The notes beneath the pieces were generated by a model, which had not been told where the DNA came from, did no database searches, and saw nothing but the letters and a program-made list of their open reading frames with translations. From a virus (Duplodnaviria > Caudoviricetes): DNA of 64,000 nt. The stretch is from positions 1 to 64,000 of IMG/VR virus record IMGVR_UViG_2814123268_000002; one strand, 5' to 3'. The position numbers and the translations under genes are program-made. Positions 48,901-59,270 of the stretch are shown in pieces. Within the stretch, counting starts at the first letter, position 1. Every line of letters starts with the position of its first letter.

Positions 48901-51698
48901 CAGTCACTCCCTAACCCAGCCAGGCTGGCATCCGTGCGGGTATGCAGCGATAGGCTGCTGGACATCAGCGATGGCAAAAGGGTAGACAATTGGGCCTTGA
49001 TTTTTTCCACCAGCGCGTTGTCCTGTTCCGGATCACCACTGGCTCTGACGTCAAAGCGCAGATCAAACTTATTGGAGATATCTGTCTGATTGGTCTCCTG
49101 CTTGATGACCTCTTTAACGGGATCCGCACCGTTGGCCAGCGCAGTTTTATCCTTGGAAAACCACTGTCCGACCTTATCTCCGATAATATTACCGAGTTCC
49201 CCGCCGCCCCAGGAGCCAAGCACGCCGCCGATAGCAGCCCCAATAGCGGTGCCAATAACAGGAACCAGCGAACCAATAGCGGCTCCAGCTGCTGCTCCCG
49301 CCCAGCCACCAGCCACACCGCCAACGATATCACCGGCAGCCCCGCCAATGGCTGCAGTGTTACCCGTATTAGCAGCTCCATAAAGCTCACTGCCTGCTGA
49401 GATAAGACCGAGAGGCCGTATCACCTTCCCTGCCACCCGGCCTGCCGATTTACCGCCAGACACCAATAGCGAGGCTGCACCACCACCGACATCAGCCACA
49501 TCCTGAACAGCCGCAGATGCTTGCGCCTGCTTTGGCAGCATCATCAATCCGGCACCTACGCCAAGCAGTCCCGCACCACGCCCCCATCGCCCAAGCCTAC
49601 GACGACGATGAGAACCGGCATTCGCAATCCGCTCTTCAGCCTCACGTAGCCGACCGAGGCGCGATCGGCCACGCCCACGGCGCCCGCCGCGTCCCCCGAC
49701 ACCGGGTAGCCCACCGGCACCACTCATGCGATCCAGTTGCCTATTAACAGCAGCCAGCGCGCGCGCTGCAGCCGAACCTGAGCGGGTAGTGTGGTCAGTC
49801 TGCCCACCCAGCTTGGCCCTCATGATCCGGCCTGCCTGGAATAAATCACTGAAAATGGACTTCACGCCCTTAAAGACGATCATACCCGCCTTTAAGGCAA
49901 CCAAACCGGCACCCGCTTTAACCAGCCAGCCGGCCGTTTCTCTGGCTGCCGATGAGGTCTCCATCAGCTTTGCGCCGGACGCGGCCAAATCAGACAGCGG
50001 CTGTACGACCCCATCCATCAACGGCAGGAATAAATCACCAATATTAATAACAAGCCGATCAAAATTGGCACCGGCACGATCCAGCATCGCCTGGCGTGTT
50101 TTGGCTTTATTCTGGTACTCCAGCTCCATAGAGCCGGCATACGCGACCTGATCACCGGCCAGTTTCATCGCCTTACGCAGCAACTCGGTATTGGCCGTCA
50201 GCTTGCTGACCGCGCCGACCACCTCCTCCCCAAACAATTGGCTGATGACCGCCGCCTGCTTATCCTTATCCTGCCTGCCGATTTTCCCCAGCACGCTGAA
50301 CAGGGTACCGCCCGCATCACGCTGCATATCCTTGGCTAAGGCAATCGGATCAAAGCCCAGCATTGCCAGTGTTTCTTTCTGTGCTTTGGTGGTGGCAAAT
50401 GACTTATTCAGGCGTCCGGTGATATTTTTCATCGCCGTGGCGGTCCTTTCCTCCCCCTCACCACCCGCGATCAATGATGCTGCCAAGGCCGCTGCCTGAC
50501 GGTCAGTAAAACCGGCCTTCATGGTGGTGGCACCCTGGCGCAGCATTACCCGCGCGACTTCGGCAGGCTTGGCCGCCATTTCGTTGGAGATGGCATTGGA
50601 ATAGTCAGCCAGGCGCATCGCCTGATCCTGATCCAATCCCATTGATGAGCGCCACTTGGCCAGCGTACTGCCCGCCTCTTCGGCGCTCATATCCATGGCA
50701 ACGGACATCTTCGCCGCATCACCGGCAAAACGCAGGAGTTGCTTAACATCTGTGGTACCGTCAGCCCGCTTACCGATCCCTGCCTCACCCGCTGCAGCGA
50801 CGATATTGGTCATCCCGACCTGATCGATACCCAACTTCCCGGCCAACCCCATCATCCCGGTCCGGGTAGCACTTTTCTCCTGCTCATTCCGGAAGTTAAC
50901 CACCTTGGTTACCCCGGCAAAGGCACTTTCATAATCGACCGCTTTCTTGGCCGCATAAATCGCCGGTGCACTGGCCGCAGCCAGCCCCAAGAGGTCACCA
51001 GCCATATCCCGGCGCGTCTGCTTATTGGCCGCCATCCTGGCCTGTGCATCAGATATCGTGCTCAGGCGCTTCTGCTGGCGATCCATCGCTGCTGTGGCCA
51101 GCTCAGTATCACGCTTCAGACGCAGCTGCTCTGCTCCGAGGGCTTTTGTATTGAGTCCGGCCTGGCTCAAATCCCTGGCCAGTGAACCGAGACGGCGCCC
51201 CTGTCCCCCCAGAGCGTCGGTCAGCCTTTTAGCCTCGCCACCTGCGGTCTTCTGTACCCGCCCGGCGGATTTAATCTCCTTGCCTACGCGGCTATAAGCC
51301 TGCGTTAACTCAGCCACCTTTTTCGTTGTGGCGGCCAGCGCTTCCTGCTGGGCGGGTGTCGTCGGGCCGATAAAGCCCTTCATCCTCTCCAGCTGGCGTT
51401 CTGCTGCCTGCAGCTCTTTTTTATAGCCAGCCTGTTTTTCGGTCAGGGCCTTAATCGTATTCGCCGCGGTTACCGCTTCACTCCTGGCACCCGCCAGTGC
51501 GCTTTTGGTCCCCTCCATTTCCTTACGTAGTGAGCCAAAATCACTCGCACGCTTGCTGGTACTGCCCAGCGCCTTTATCTGACGGTTGGTCCTCTCTATC
51601 TCTTTACCCAGCCGATCAGCTGCCGTACCGGCAGAGGCAAATGCCGTACTCATCTGCTCCCGGGCAGACAGGGTTACCGAGAATTTTTTATCAGCCAT
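48900..51698 (-). CDS. Tail tape measure protein
   Basis: YESAFAGVTKVV TP901-like core; coiled-coil; Gly-rich C-terminus. Confidence 0.92.
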   Translation of the reverse strand: MADKKFSVTLSAREQMSTAFASAGTAADRLGKEIERTNRQIKALGSTSKRASDFGSLRKEMEGTKSALAGARSEAVTAANTIKALTEKQAGYKKELQAAERQLERMKGFIGPTTPAQQEALAATTKKVAELTQAYSRVGKEIKSAGRVQKTAGGEAKRLTDALGGQGRRLGSLARDLSQAGLNTKALGAEQLRLKRDTELATAAMDRQQKRLSTISDAQARMAANKQTRRDMAGDLLGLAAASAPAIYAAKKAVDYESAFAGVTKVVNFRNEQEKSATRTGMMGLAGKLGIDQVGMTNIVAAAGEAGIGKRADGTTDVKQLLRFAGDAAKMSVAMDMSAEEAGSTLAKWRSSMGLDQDQAMRLADYSNAISNEMAAKPAEVARVMLRQGATTMKAGFTDRQAAALAASLIAGGEGEERTATAMKNITGRLNKSFATTKAQKETLAMLGFDPIALAKDMQRDAGGTLFSVLGKIGRQDKDKQAAVISQLFGEEVVGAVSKLTANTELLRKAMKLAGDQVAYAGSMELEYQNKAKTRQAMLDRAGANFDRLVINIGDLFLPLMDGVVQPLSDLAASGAKLMETSSAARETAGWLVKAGAGLVALKAGMIVFKGVKSIFSDLFQAGRIMRAKLGGQTDHTTRSGSAAARALAAVNRQLDRMSGAGGLPGVGGRGGRRGRGRSRLGRLREAEERIANAGSHRRRRLGRWGRGAGLLGVGAGLMMLPKQAQASAAVQDVADVGGGAASLLVSGGKSAGRVAGKVIRPLGLISAGSELYGAANTGNTAAIGGAAGDIVGGVAGGWAGAAAGAAIGSLVPVIGTAIGAAIGGVLGSWGGGELGNIIGDKVGQWFSKDKTALANGADPVKEVIKQETNQTDISNKFDLRFDVRASGDPEQDNALVEKIKAQLSTLLPSLMSSSLSLHTRTDASLAGLGSD

Positions 51699-51864
51699 GT
51701 TGCTTTACCCCGAGTCTGGCCAGCGCCAGCTCATAACGGCGCAGGGCGGCGGGAACCCGCCAGCCCATAATCTCCTGCGTTGATACTGAGTACACCAGCG
51801 GAACCACATCGATCAGCCGTTCGACGTCACTTGGGGAAAGTAGTCCGCTGTTTCTGTCAAAAAA
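51691..51864 (-). CDS. -1 frameshift extension of tail chaperone (gpE+E'-like)
   Basis: TTTTTTG slippery site at 51858-51864; -1 frame DVERLIDVVPLVYS..EIMGW...LRRYELALARLG ends overlapping the TMP start. Confidence 0.75.
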   Translation of the reverse strand, partial: FFDRNSGLLSPSDVERLIDVVPLVYSVSTQEIMGWRVPAALRRYELALARLGVKQHG

Positions 51865-52406
51865 TCGGACAGTCTCTGTTGCAGTGCCAGCCAGTCAGGC
51901 ATATGCAGTTTATCCACGGTCTCCGGCATCACGCCCGTACAGGTGGCAACCAGCTCGCGCTCCCGCTCAAAACCTGCCAGCTCCCGCACGGAGTCTGTCA
52001 GGCGGACAGTGGGTGGCATCATATGAAGATGTGTGATGGGCCCCTGCCGCATCGCATCGGTAACAGGTACCAGCAGGGGGAAGGTGTCTGGAGACTCTCC
52101 CCGGGCGTTTGCCGACAGCTGATCACTGGGTGTCATAACCAGCTCATGGATCAGCAGCGTAATGGAGGTGAGATCCGGATGAGCCAGCTCGCCACGCTGC
52201 GCATCGCTCAACTCGGTATGCAACATAAATACCGCAGCAGAAAAGCCATGCCTGTCTTGTTTCGCTTCATCCGGGTCATCCATGCAAAATCGCTTTCGCA
52301 AGGCGCGCATCTCACCGATGGTATGTGTGCTCACAGTAACAACAGCGATACCCTCAATGGGCCAGCGCAGGGTATGCTGATGGGTAAACGGCGTCGTCAT
52401 GGGCAA
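51813..52406 (-). CDS. Tail assembly chaperone
   Basis: HTLRWPI, LHMPDWLALQQRLSDFL; between tube and TMP. Confidence 0.8.
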   Translation of the reverse strand: MPMTTPFTHQHTLRWPIEGIAVVTVSTHTIGEMRALRKRFCMDDPDEAKQDRHGFSAAVFMLHTELSDAQRGELAHPDLTSITLLIHELVMTPSDQLSANARGESPDTFPLLVPVTDAMRQGPITHLHMMPPTVRLTDSVRELAGFERERELVATCTGVMPETVDKLHMPDWLALQQRLSDFLTETADYFPQVTSNG

Positions 52407-52462
52407 TCCTCAATAAAAAACCCCGCAATGCAGGGCCGGGGGTAAAACAGGAAAGGGTGGCG

Positions 52463-52966
52463 TTAAAACATGCCAACGTTGCTGCGATGATCGGCCAACA
52501 GGTCGCCGTCACCCAAATCGCAAATGGATGCCTTACGGCTGACATGCCACTCCTGGATGCCGTTTACCACCCGGCGTGATTCATCCAGGCTTAAATTCAG
52601 CGTATCCTCCGGCAGCTCACTCACGACACTGCTGGCGCGCTCACGGCTGGAAATACGCCCTGTCCAGAACTCCTGCACTGCTGTTGTGATCCCCTCCTCA
52701 TCCTCCCATGACTCATTGACAATAACCGTAACCAGCTGACCCGCCCGACGTCCCGTCATCTTCAGGATATAGGAGGTAATCCCCTTGCCGACGATTTTGG
52801 CCGTCATCTTTTCAATGCCGGTACGGATATCTCCACCAATGAAGCTGCCACCGATATCACCCGCCTTTTCTTTCGGCGGCGTAGACTCCCACGACGTAAC
52901 CTCACGCTGCAGCGGGATCCCGTCAACGATGATCCTCAGCATCATACGCACATTTTGACCAGCCAT
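52463..52966 (-). CDS. Major tail tube protein
   Basis: Synteny after sheath; C-terminal GDLLADHRSNVGM. Confidence 0.8.
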   Translation of the reverse strand: MAGQNVRMMLRIIVDGIPLQREVTSWESTPPKEKAGDIGGSFIGGDIRTGIEKMTAKIVGKGITSYILKMTGRRAGQLVTVIVNESWEDEEGITTAVQEFWTGRISSRERASSVVSELPEDTLNLSLDESRRVVNGIQEWHVSRKASICDLGDGDLLADHRSNVGMF

Positions 52967-54420
52967 TATTGCAACACTCCATTCAGGAAAGATTCGACAA
53001 TTCCCACATCCTCTCGCAGGTGATAAACCATGTGCTCGTTCGGGCTATACCCTGCATAGCCAATAACAATGTGCCACTCACCGTTGCGGTAGTTGTCCGG
53101 CGTATTGAGCGTGGGATGCAGATAAACCCTGGCACCGATCAGTTTGCCGGCTGCCGCCTCGCCATCCAGCCAGTTTTGCAGTGACGCCACTTTCGACTGC
53201 ATAAACTCTTTGCTGAGGAGCTCAGCCATCCCCGGCTCTGTCGTAGCAATCAGCTTGCGGATAATGGCCAGCTCAAGGCGCACTAGGTTGATAAACCGGC
53301 CATCCAGCGTACGGTTCCCCAGCAGCGAGAAGCCGCCCCGGCTGGTTCGTCCAAAGTAGGCCACGCCGTATTTGTTCAATCGGTCACCGGCACTGGTTTT
53401 ATCCAGCAGGTTATAATCAATGGTGCGCTGACACCCGTCGATATAGACATTCATCCGCCCCTTGCCGGGAGCCTCATGCACATCCACCCGCGCCACACAG
53501 CCGAGATAATGGGCAACGCCGGACATGTAGACATACCCTTTGGCCGCGTTTGACCACACTTTGACAAACGGATCGACCAGTACGGCATCACCATAACCCG
53601 TGCCCGCCGTTCCCAATGACTGGGACAGGGATATCACCGCGTCATCAGTTGTGCTGGTGCCCTCCAACGCCGCAGCGGCGAACAGGCGTTTACCCATTTT
53701 GGCCAATGCATCATGCACCGCCGGATGGTTGAAGCCGGCAGCAGCAATATCTGTCAGGGTTTCCGGAATATCTGCCGCCAACGCCTCAATCCCGGTACGG
53801 CGGCCAGTCAAGGGATCTACACCGCCAACAACATTGGCAATGGTCCCTGATGCCGCCAGTTCTTTCCCATGGATGACAACCGTGGCCTGCGCCGTCAGAT
53901 CTTCCAGCCTGATGCCCCCGTCGCTCTTCAGCGTCAGGACATTGCTTTCCCCCGGAACGTAGCTCACCATCTCTGTCGTTTTGCCACCGATCTCCACGCT
54001 CCAGCTGACAGCTTGGGCACCAACCACGGCATCCAGAAGGGTTGGATTGGTCAAGATAACCGTCATCACCCCGCTATCAAGGACGGCGGCACTTATAATC
54101 ACCCCCTCATAATCCCTGTCGGCAGGCAGTACCTGGTTATCCTCATCCACGATGACTGCATAAATAGAGCACTGCGCTGCATCCAGCATGGCATTGCACA
54201 CACGCCATAAGGTACCCCGCTCCAGCCCTGCAATATCCAGCCTGGCCAGGGCGGCTTTGTTATTGACCCAGTAGGCCTTATTGCGCGGGATATCCGGATG
54301 GGCATCCGGGGCCGTTCCGACCAGACCAAATACTGCACGACCTAGCGGCCCCATCGGAGACGGAGCAGGCTCTCGGATAATGGAGGCCCCGTTATGCACG
54401 AAATTTTCAATAATGGGCAT
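52966..54420 (-). CDS. Tail sheath protein
   Basis: FVHNG, GLVGTAPDA, RTGIEAL, LGNRT, NTPDNY. Confidence 0.9.
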   Translation of the reverse strand: MPIIENFVHNGASIIREPAPSPMGPLGRAVFGLVGTAPDAHPDIPRNKAYWVNNKAALARLDIAGLERGTLWRVCNAMLDAAQCSIYAVIVDEDNQVLPADRDYEGVIISAAVLDSGVMTVILTNPTLLDAVVGAQAVSWSVEIGGKTTEMVSYVPGESNVLTLKSDGGIRLEDLTAQATVVIHGKELAASGTIANVVGGVDPLTGRRTGIEALAADIPETLTDIAAAGFNHPAVHDALAKMGKRLFAAAALEGTSTTDDAVISLSQSLGTAGTGYGDAVLVDPFVKVWSNAAKGYVYMSGVAHYLGCVARVDVHEAPGKGRMNVYIDGCQRTIDYNLLDKTSAGDRLNKYGVAYFGRTSRGGFSLLGNRTLDGRFINLVRLELAIIRKLIATTEPGMAELLSKEFMQSKVASLQNWLDGEAAAGKLIGARVYLHPTLNTPDNYRNGEWHIVIGYAGYSPNEHMVYHLREDVGIVESFLNGVLQ

Positions 54421-54423
54421 GGG

Positions 54424-54582
54424 TTACTTCCTCTTTGTAACAGGCCTGGCAATGAGATAGCCACTGAGAACCAACTGGGTGGCCTCACTCTCACTCATCT
54501 CAACAACAGTGCCCGCCTTCTGCCAATGGCCGGAGTTGGGATGCTCGAAGCCGAGCAGCACCAGATACGCTTTTTTTTCCAT
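54424..54582 (-). CDS. Small phage tail-associated protein
   Basis: AGGAG RBS; GTVVEMSESEA..L...GY pattern. Confidence 0.6.
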   Translation of the reverse strand: MEKKAYLVLLGFEHPNSGHWQKAGTVVEMSESEATQLVLSGYLIARPVTKRK

Positions 54583-54645
54583 AAATGGCTCCTGGACTGG
54601 ACAATAAAAAACCGCCAAAACGTGTTTACATTATCTGGTGCGCCG

Positions 54646-54864
54646 TCAAACCTCCTTTTTCAGTTCGGGGGAAGATGTCAAATGAGTCTCTTGCGGCTCA
54701 ACAAACCCCATGCGTTTCGCATCAAATACTTTTTTTTGCAAACTAAAATCATCCTCAACATTAATTACATGGTAATTATCCAAATCCAATGGCACGGGAA
54801 AATCAATATAGCCATCTGGATTTTTCTTTGGAATATATATTGTTTTCATAACAAAACCACTCAT
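54646..54864 (-). CDS. Hypothetical protein downstream of tail fibre
   Basis: ORF overlapping the fibre stop. Confidence 0.5.
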   Translation of the reverse strand: MSGFVMKTIYIPKKNPDGYIDFPVPLDLDNYHVINVEDDFSLQKKVFDAKRMGFVEPQETHLTSSPELKKEV

Positions 54865-56045
54865 TATGTGTAATTGACGCCATATATTAGCAGGATACGA
54901 GAACTTTCAGAGCTGACTTCCCATAATGTCGAAAGGAATGTCCGTGTTATAATTGACCAGTGCGTCCCATCCATTGAGCGAATGCTAATAGAGCTCGCCA
55001 AGCTTCTATTAACAATTTCAGTAATCAACCATATTGGCTTAATATCGATTGCAGCATGCCAACTGTTATCATCAGTAGAGAAAATAATAATTTCATCAAA
55101 ATTTGATGGGCTTTGTGACAGCGGGATATTACCATTCCCAATATTACCGCTAAAAAGCAGCGTCTTGTGCCCCACTGCTGCCTTGTTAACTCTCTCGTTG
55201 ACTTTTTTTAGCGCATAGGCCGTCGGCGCCCGTGTGGTACTGGTACTGCTGACGCTGTCTTCAAGCTGGACCTGTCCGGGTCGGGTGGTAGTTGCGGCAC
55301 GGGTTGCATCTCGATAGGTTTTCTTCATCACGGAGGCCGTCGCCGCCTCCACGTTGCTGTCGTTATTGATACTGTCGCTGAGCACGACCTGTCCGGGACG
55401 GCCAATTGCGGCGCGACGGGTTGCCTCGTCATAGGTTCGCTTTAGCGCAGAGCATGTCGGCGCATTTCTGGTGCTGGTACTGCTGACGCTGTCTTCAAGC
55501 TGGACCTGTCCGGCCTGGCCGGTACTCGCGCGACGGGTTGCCTCGTCATAGGTTCGCTTTAGCGCAGAGCATGTCGGCACCCGTGCGGTACTGGTACTGC
55601 TGACGCTGTCTTCAAGCTGGACCTGTCCGGGTCGGGTGGTAGTTGCGGCACGGGTTGCCTCGTTATAGACATCCCTTAGCGCACCGCATGTCGGCACATT
55701 TGTGGTGCTGGTGCTGTTGATGTTATTTTCAATCTGGACCTGTCCGGGCTGGGTGGCAGTCGCGCGACGGGTTGCATGCTCATAGACACGCTTTAGCGCA
55801 TTGGATGTAGGCGCATTTGCGAGGCTGGTGCTGTCTATGTTGTCTTGAAGCTGGACCTGTCCGGGAGTGCCGGTACTCGCGCGACGGGTTGCCTCGTCAT
55901 AGACACGCTTTAGCGCAGAGCATGTCGGCGCATTTGTGGTGCTGGTGCTGTTGATGTTGTTTTCAAGCTGGACCTGTCCGGGCTGGGTGGTAGTCGCGCG
56001 ACGGGTTGCAATCTGATAGGTGTACCTTACTGCATTGGCCGTCGC
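54864..56045 (-). pseudogene. Tail fibre C-terminal part, truncated by IS256
   Basis: About seven 40-aa repeats (GQVQLEDSVSSTST.APTCSALKR.Y), AT-rich tip; N-terminal anchor missing. Confidence 0.88.
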
Positions 56046-57360
56046 GAGCCTGTACATAAATTTGTGTAATTGCCTGATTTTGATATGTTCAATCCAACAT
56101 CAAAAGCAGGTTACTTTATGAACGAAAAACAGTTGCAGGCTCTGGCTAACGAACTGGCCAAAAATCTCAAAACCCCTGACGATCTCAGTCAGTTCGATCG
56201 CCTGCTGAAGAAAATCAGCGTTGAGGCGGCTCTCAACGCCGAAATGTCCCACCATCTGGGCTACGATAAAAATCAGCCTAAACCGGGTGCCAACTCCCGC
56301 AATGGCTATTCCACAAAGACCGTTACCACCGGTGATGGCCCTCTGGAACTACGCACGCCGCGTGATCGTGATGGCTCTTTCGAACCGCAACTGGTGAAGA
56401 AAAACCAGACCCGGATCACCGGTATGGATAACCAGATTTTATCGTTGTACGCCAAAGGGATGACCACCCGCGAGATAGCGGCCGCGTTCAAAGAGCTGTA
56501 TGACGCTGATGTCTCACCGGCGCTGGTCTCGAAGGTCACCGACGCCGTAATGGAGCAGGTTACCGAATGGCAGAATCGTCCACTGGATGCAGTCTATCCC
56601 ATTGTTTACCTTGACTGTATCGTCCTGAAGGTCCGGCAGGACAGTCGCGTCATTAATAAATCCGTGTTCCTTGCCCTGGGTATCAACCTCGAAGGCCAGA
56701 AAGAACTGCTGGGTATGTGGCTGGCCGAAAACGAAGGCGCGAAGTTCTGGCTCAATGTGCTGACAGAGCTGAAGAATCGCGGCCTGAACGATATCCTCAT
56801 CGCCTGTGTCGATGGTCTGAAAGGCTTCCCGGACGCGATCAATACGGTGTATCCGGAAGCCCGCATCCAGCTGTGCATCGTGCATATGGTGCGTAACAGC
56901 CTGCGGTTCGTCTCCTGGAAGGACTACAAAGCCGTCACCCGCGACCTGAAAGCCATTTATCAGGCCCCCACGGAAGACGCAGGGCAGCAGGCGCTGGAAG
57001 CGTTCGCCAGCGCATGGGACAACCGCTACCCGCAGATAAGCCGTAGCTGGCAGACAAACTGGGCTAACCTGGCGACGTTCTTCGCTTACCCGGCAGACAT
57101 CCGCAAGGTGATCTACACAACGAATGCTATCGAGTCGCTGAACAGCGTGATCCGGCATGCCATCAAAAAGCGTAAGGTGTTCCCGACGGACGAAGCAGTG
57201 AAAAAGGTGGTGTGGTTAGCGATCCAGGCGGCATCACAGAAATGGACCATGCCGCTGAGGGACTGGCGTATGGCAATGAGCCGCTTTATTATCGAGTTCG
57301 GTGATCGTCTGGACGGTCACTTCTGAGAAAAGGCATTTACACAGAATCGTGTACAGGGTC
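56046..57360 (+). mobile_element. IS256-family element, copy 2, no TSD
   Basis: Same sequence as copy 1; flanks gccgtcgc and ccggcaaa differ. Confidence 0.97.
56118..57326 (+). CDS. IS256-family transposase
   Basis: Identical protein to 44753..45961. Confidence 0.97.
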   Translation: MNEKQLQALANELAKNLKTPDDLSQFDRLLKKISVEAALNAEMSHHLGYDKNQPKPGANSRNGYSTKTVTTGDGPLELRTPRDRDGSFEPQLVKKNQTRITGMDNQILSLYAKGMTTREIAAAFKELYDADVSPALVSKVTDAVMEQVTEWQNRPLDAVYPIVYLDCIVLKVRQDSRVINKSVFLALGINLEGQKELLGMWLAENEGAKFWLNVLTELKNRGLNDILIACVDGLKGFPDAINTVYPEARIQLCIVHMVRNSLRFVSWKDYKAVTRDLKAIYQAPTEDAGQQALEAFASAWDNRYPQISRSWQTNWANLATFFAYPADIRKVIYTTNAIESLNSVIRHAIKKRKVFPTDEAVKKVVWLAIQAASQKWTMPLRDWRMAMSRFIIEFGDRLDGHF

Positions 57361-57877
57361 CCGGCAAACACATCTGCACTTCATCCACGATCCTTTCTCT
57401 GGCCGTGTGCAATAATCGCTTACGCCCACCCACTCCCCATCTAGCCATTCGACTTGCGCACTGGCTGATATCCTTTGTTTCAGTCTTAATGACAAGATCG
57501 AGCTTATTCAACCGAGTCATGGCGTCAAACCCTTTCCTGACAAAAGACTGAAAGGTTTGATACACACGGATCTCAAACTCAGCGCTCAGCCATGCCGCGT
57601 AGCGTATGGCAACAATCTCCTCTGCCCATACACCTTGATTAAACCCGCCATTAATTACAATAACTGGCTGATTTTGTTCCAGAATGCATTTCTGCATTCT
57701 GGTCAAGGTTTCAACAAATGCTTTTACCTTCTTAGTTCGAAGGAACTGGCTCGGGCCCTGATTTTCTTTGGCTTGTCCACAAGCTACCGCAGACATGTGG
57801 AGATCGTTCAGGCTATAACGCCCCGCTTCATCAACGCGAACGGACACACCGTTTACCAACACGGTTGGATATTTCAT
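57361..57877 (-). CDS. KilA-N domain protein, last codons cut by IS
   Basis: GRYSLNDLH, PSQFLR, QGVW...AIRYAAWLSAEFEIRVYQTF. Confidence 0.88.
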
Positions 57878-57887
57878 TGAGCGTACT

Positions 57888-58058
57888 CCTATAGAAATGA
57901 GCCTTGTTGCCCAGAAACGCCGCCCGCAGAGAGGTCGCCACCTATAACGACGGTTCTCCAAGGCTCATTTCTGTAAGGCTCTGCGATTTACATGCGCCGG
58001 GCATGGCGCAGATATAAAAAAACCACCAACGCGGTAAGCGTCAGTGGCTTATTGATAC
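57888..58058 (-). promoter_or_regulatory. Structured RNA leader, copy 2
   Basis: Stem tatagaaatgagccttg/caaggctcatttctgta next to the KilA-N RBS. Confidence 0.7.
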
Positions 58059-58373
58059 AGCCTCAAATTAATTGCCAGCACCGAGGTACCCACCCACAGA
58101 AGTTTCCCCTCGTTTTGGGGTGAGCTGGTCAACATTTGCGCTACCCAGTTTTGGGGAGCTCAAACGTTCAACGATGATGCTGCAGATGCGTTCATACCGG
58201 CTTTACCTTTTAGTGATGAGTCTTGTTCGCACAGGAAGACGGCCCCAAGAACGCTCCGACAGCCAGCCGGTTCCTCAAGGCTCATCCTGAAAGGTTCTTG
58301 GTGATATGCGTTATGATACGCAGATACGACAAAGCCCCGGCATAGACCGGGGCCTATCATTCTCAGATCGGGC

Positions 58374-58643
58374 TTACGCCAGCCCTCTCATGAGAGCCTG
58401 GCGAGCACTCGCATCCCCTCGACAAATACATCTGACCGTATCACCCGTTAACGTGGTGATATACGCCTCATCACTCTTTGCGATAGAAATGCTCGGTGTG
58501 TTACCGCGCCGAAAATACTCAATACTGGCAGCCTGTTTCGGGTCTTTCGGATGAAACTCAACCCGGTACATGCTTCCCAAAACGTGCACCTCTTCAACAC
58601 ATCGACCGTCGTTTGTTACCGTGATTTTCTTTAGTGCGTACAT
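58374..58643 (-). CDS. Hypothetical phage protein
   Basis: AAGGAG RBS; flanked by terminators. Confidence 0.65.
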   Translation of the reverse strand: MYALKKITVTNDGRCVEEVHVLGSMYRVEFHPKDPKQAASIEYFRRGNTPSISIAKSDEAYITTLTGDTVRCICRGDASARQALMRGLA

Positions 58644-58716
58644 ATAGATCTCCTTTCGTCAGTAATAAAAAAGTCGCCTAAGCGACCTGTTAATTCTGGC
58701 TTCACATCAAAGACGA

Positions 58717-59268
58717 TCAGGACAGCGCCACCCGCTCCCGTACCCAGCCATACAGAAATGACTCGTTCTGCACCCGCTGCTCGGCCAGCGCCAGATAACG
58801 ATCGCCCTGACTGCAGTTCAGCGCCCGCAGCAGCACCTGCTCCCCCTCTGCACCCCGGGCATCCAGATAGGCACGCAGCGCAGAGAGCGTACGTGGCCCA
58901 ATCACCCCGTCGGCGCTGATATCCGGGTACAGACGTCCGCCATCGTTAAAGGCAGTCAGCCAGCGCTGCAGCCACTTGCCGGGAACCGATGGCCCCATAT
59001 TCACCCCGGTATCCAGCAGCTCGGCGGCCACCAGCTCGGAATAGTCTGCCACCAGGTCAAAGCGGGGCCCTGACCAATAGTCGCTCTCATAGATTTCCAG
59101 CGCCTGCGCCCGCGTCAGGTTGCGCATATCGCCGGTGTAGCCGTGAGCACGGGCCACCTTCTCGGTGATCCCCCAGTTGGTTGGCCCGCCCTTGTCGTTG
59201 GGGTGATCGACGTATCCTCCTTCACGCCCCAGCAGGGCATCGAAGATTTGATCCTTGGTGAGTGCCAT
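58717..59268 (-). CDS. GH108 endolysin
   Basis: EGGYVDHPNDKGGPTNWGIT, DTGVNMG, FLYGW. Confidence 0.92.
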   Translation of the reverse strand: MALTKDQIFDALLGREGGYVDHPNDKGGPTNWGITEKVARAHGYTGDMRNLTRAQALEIYESDYWSGPRFDLVADYSELVAAELLDTGVNMGPSVPGKWLQRWLTAFNDGGRLYPDISADGVIGPRTLSALRAYLDARGAEGEQVLLRALNCSQGDRYLALAEQRVQNESFLYGWVRERVALS

Positions 59269-59270
59269 AA

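Noticed and set aside
55220-56045. Repeat array with 120-bp period
   Set aside because: Tail fibre protein repeats, not a non-coding array
47217-56045. Tailocin (R-type bacteriocin)
   Set aside because: Baseplate wedge/spike genes and fibre anchor are absent, with the break at an IS, so a functional particle is unlikely; replication genes are still present
44681-57360. Composite transposon of two IS256 copies
   Set aside because: Copy 1 has its own TSD inside rha and the outer flanks do not match, so the insertions were independent
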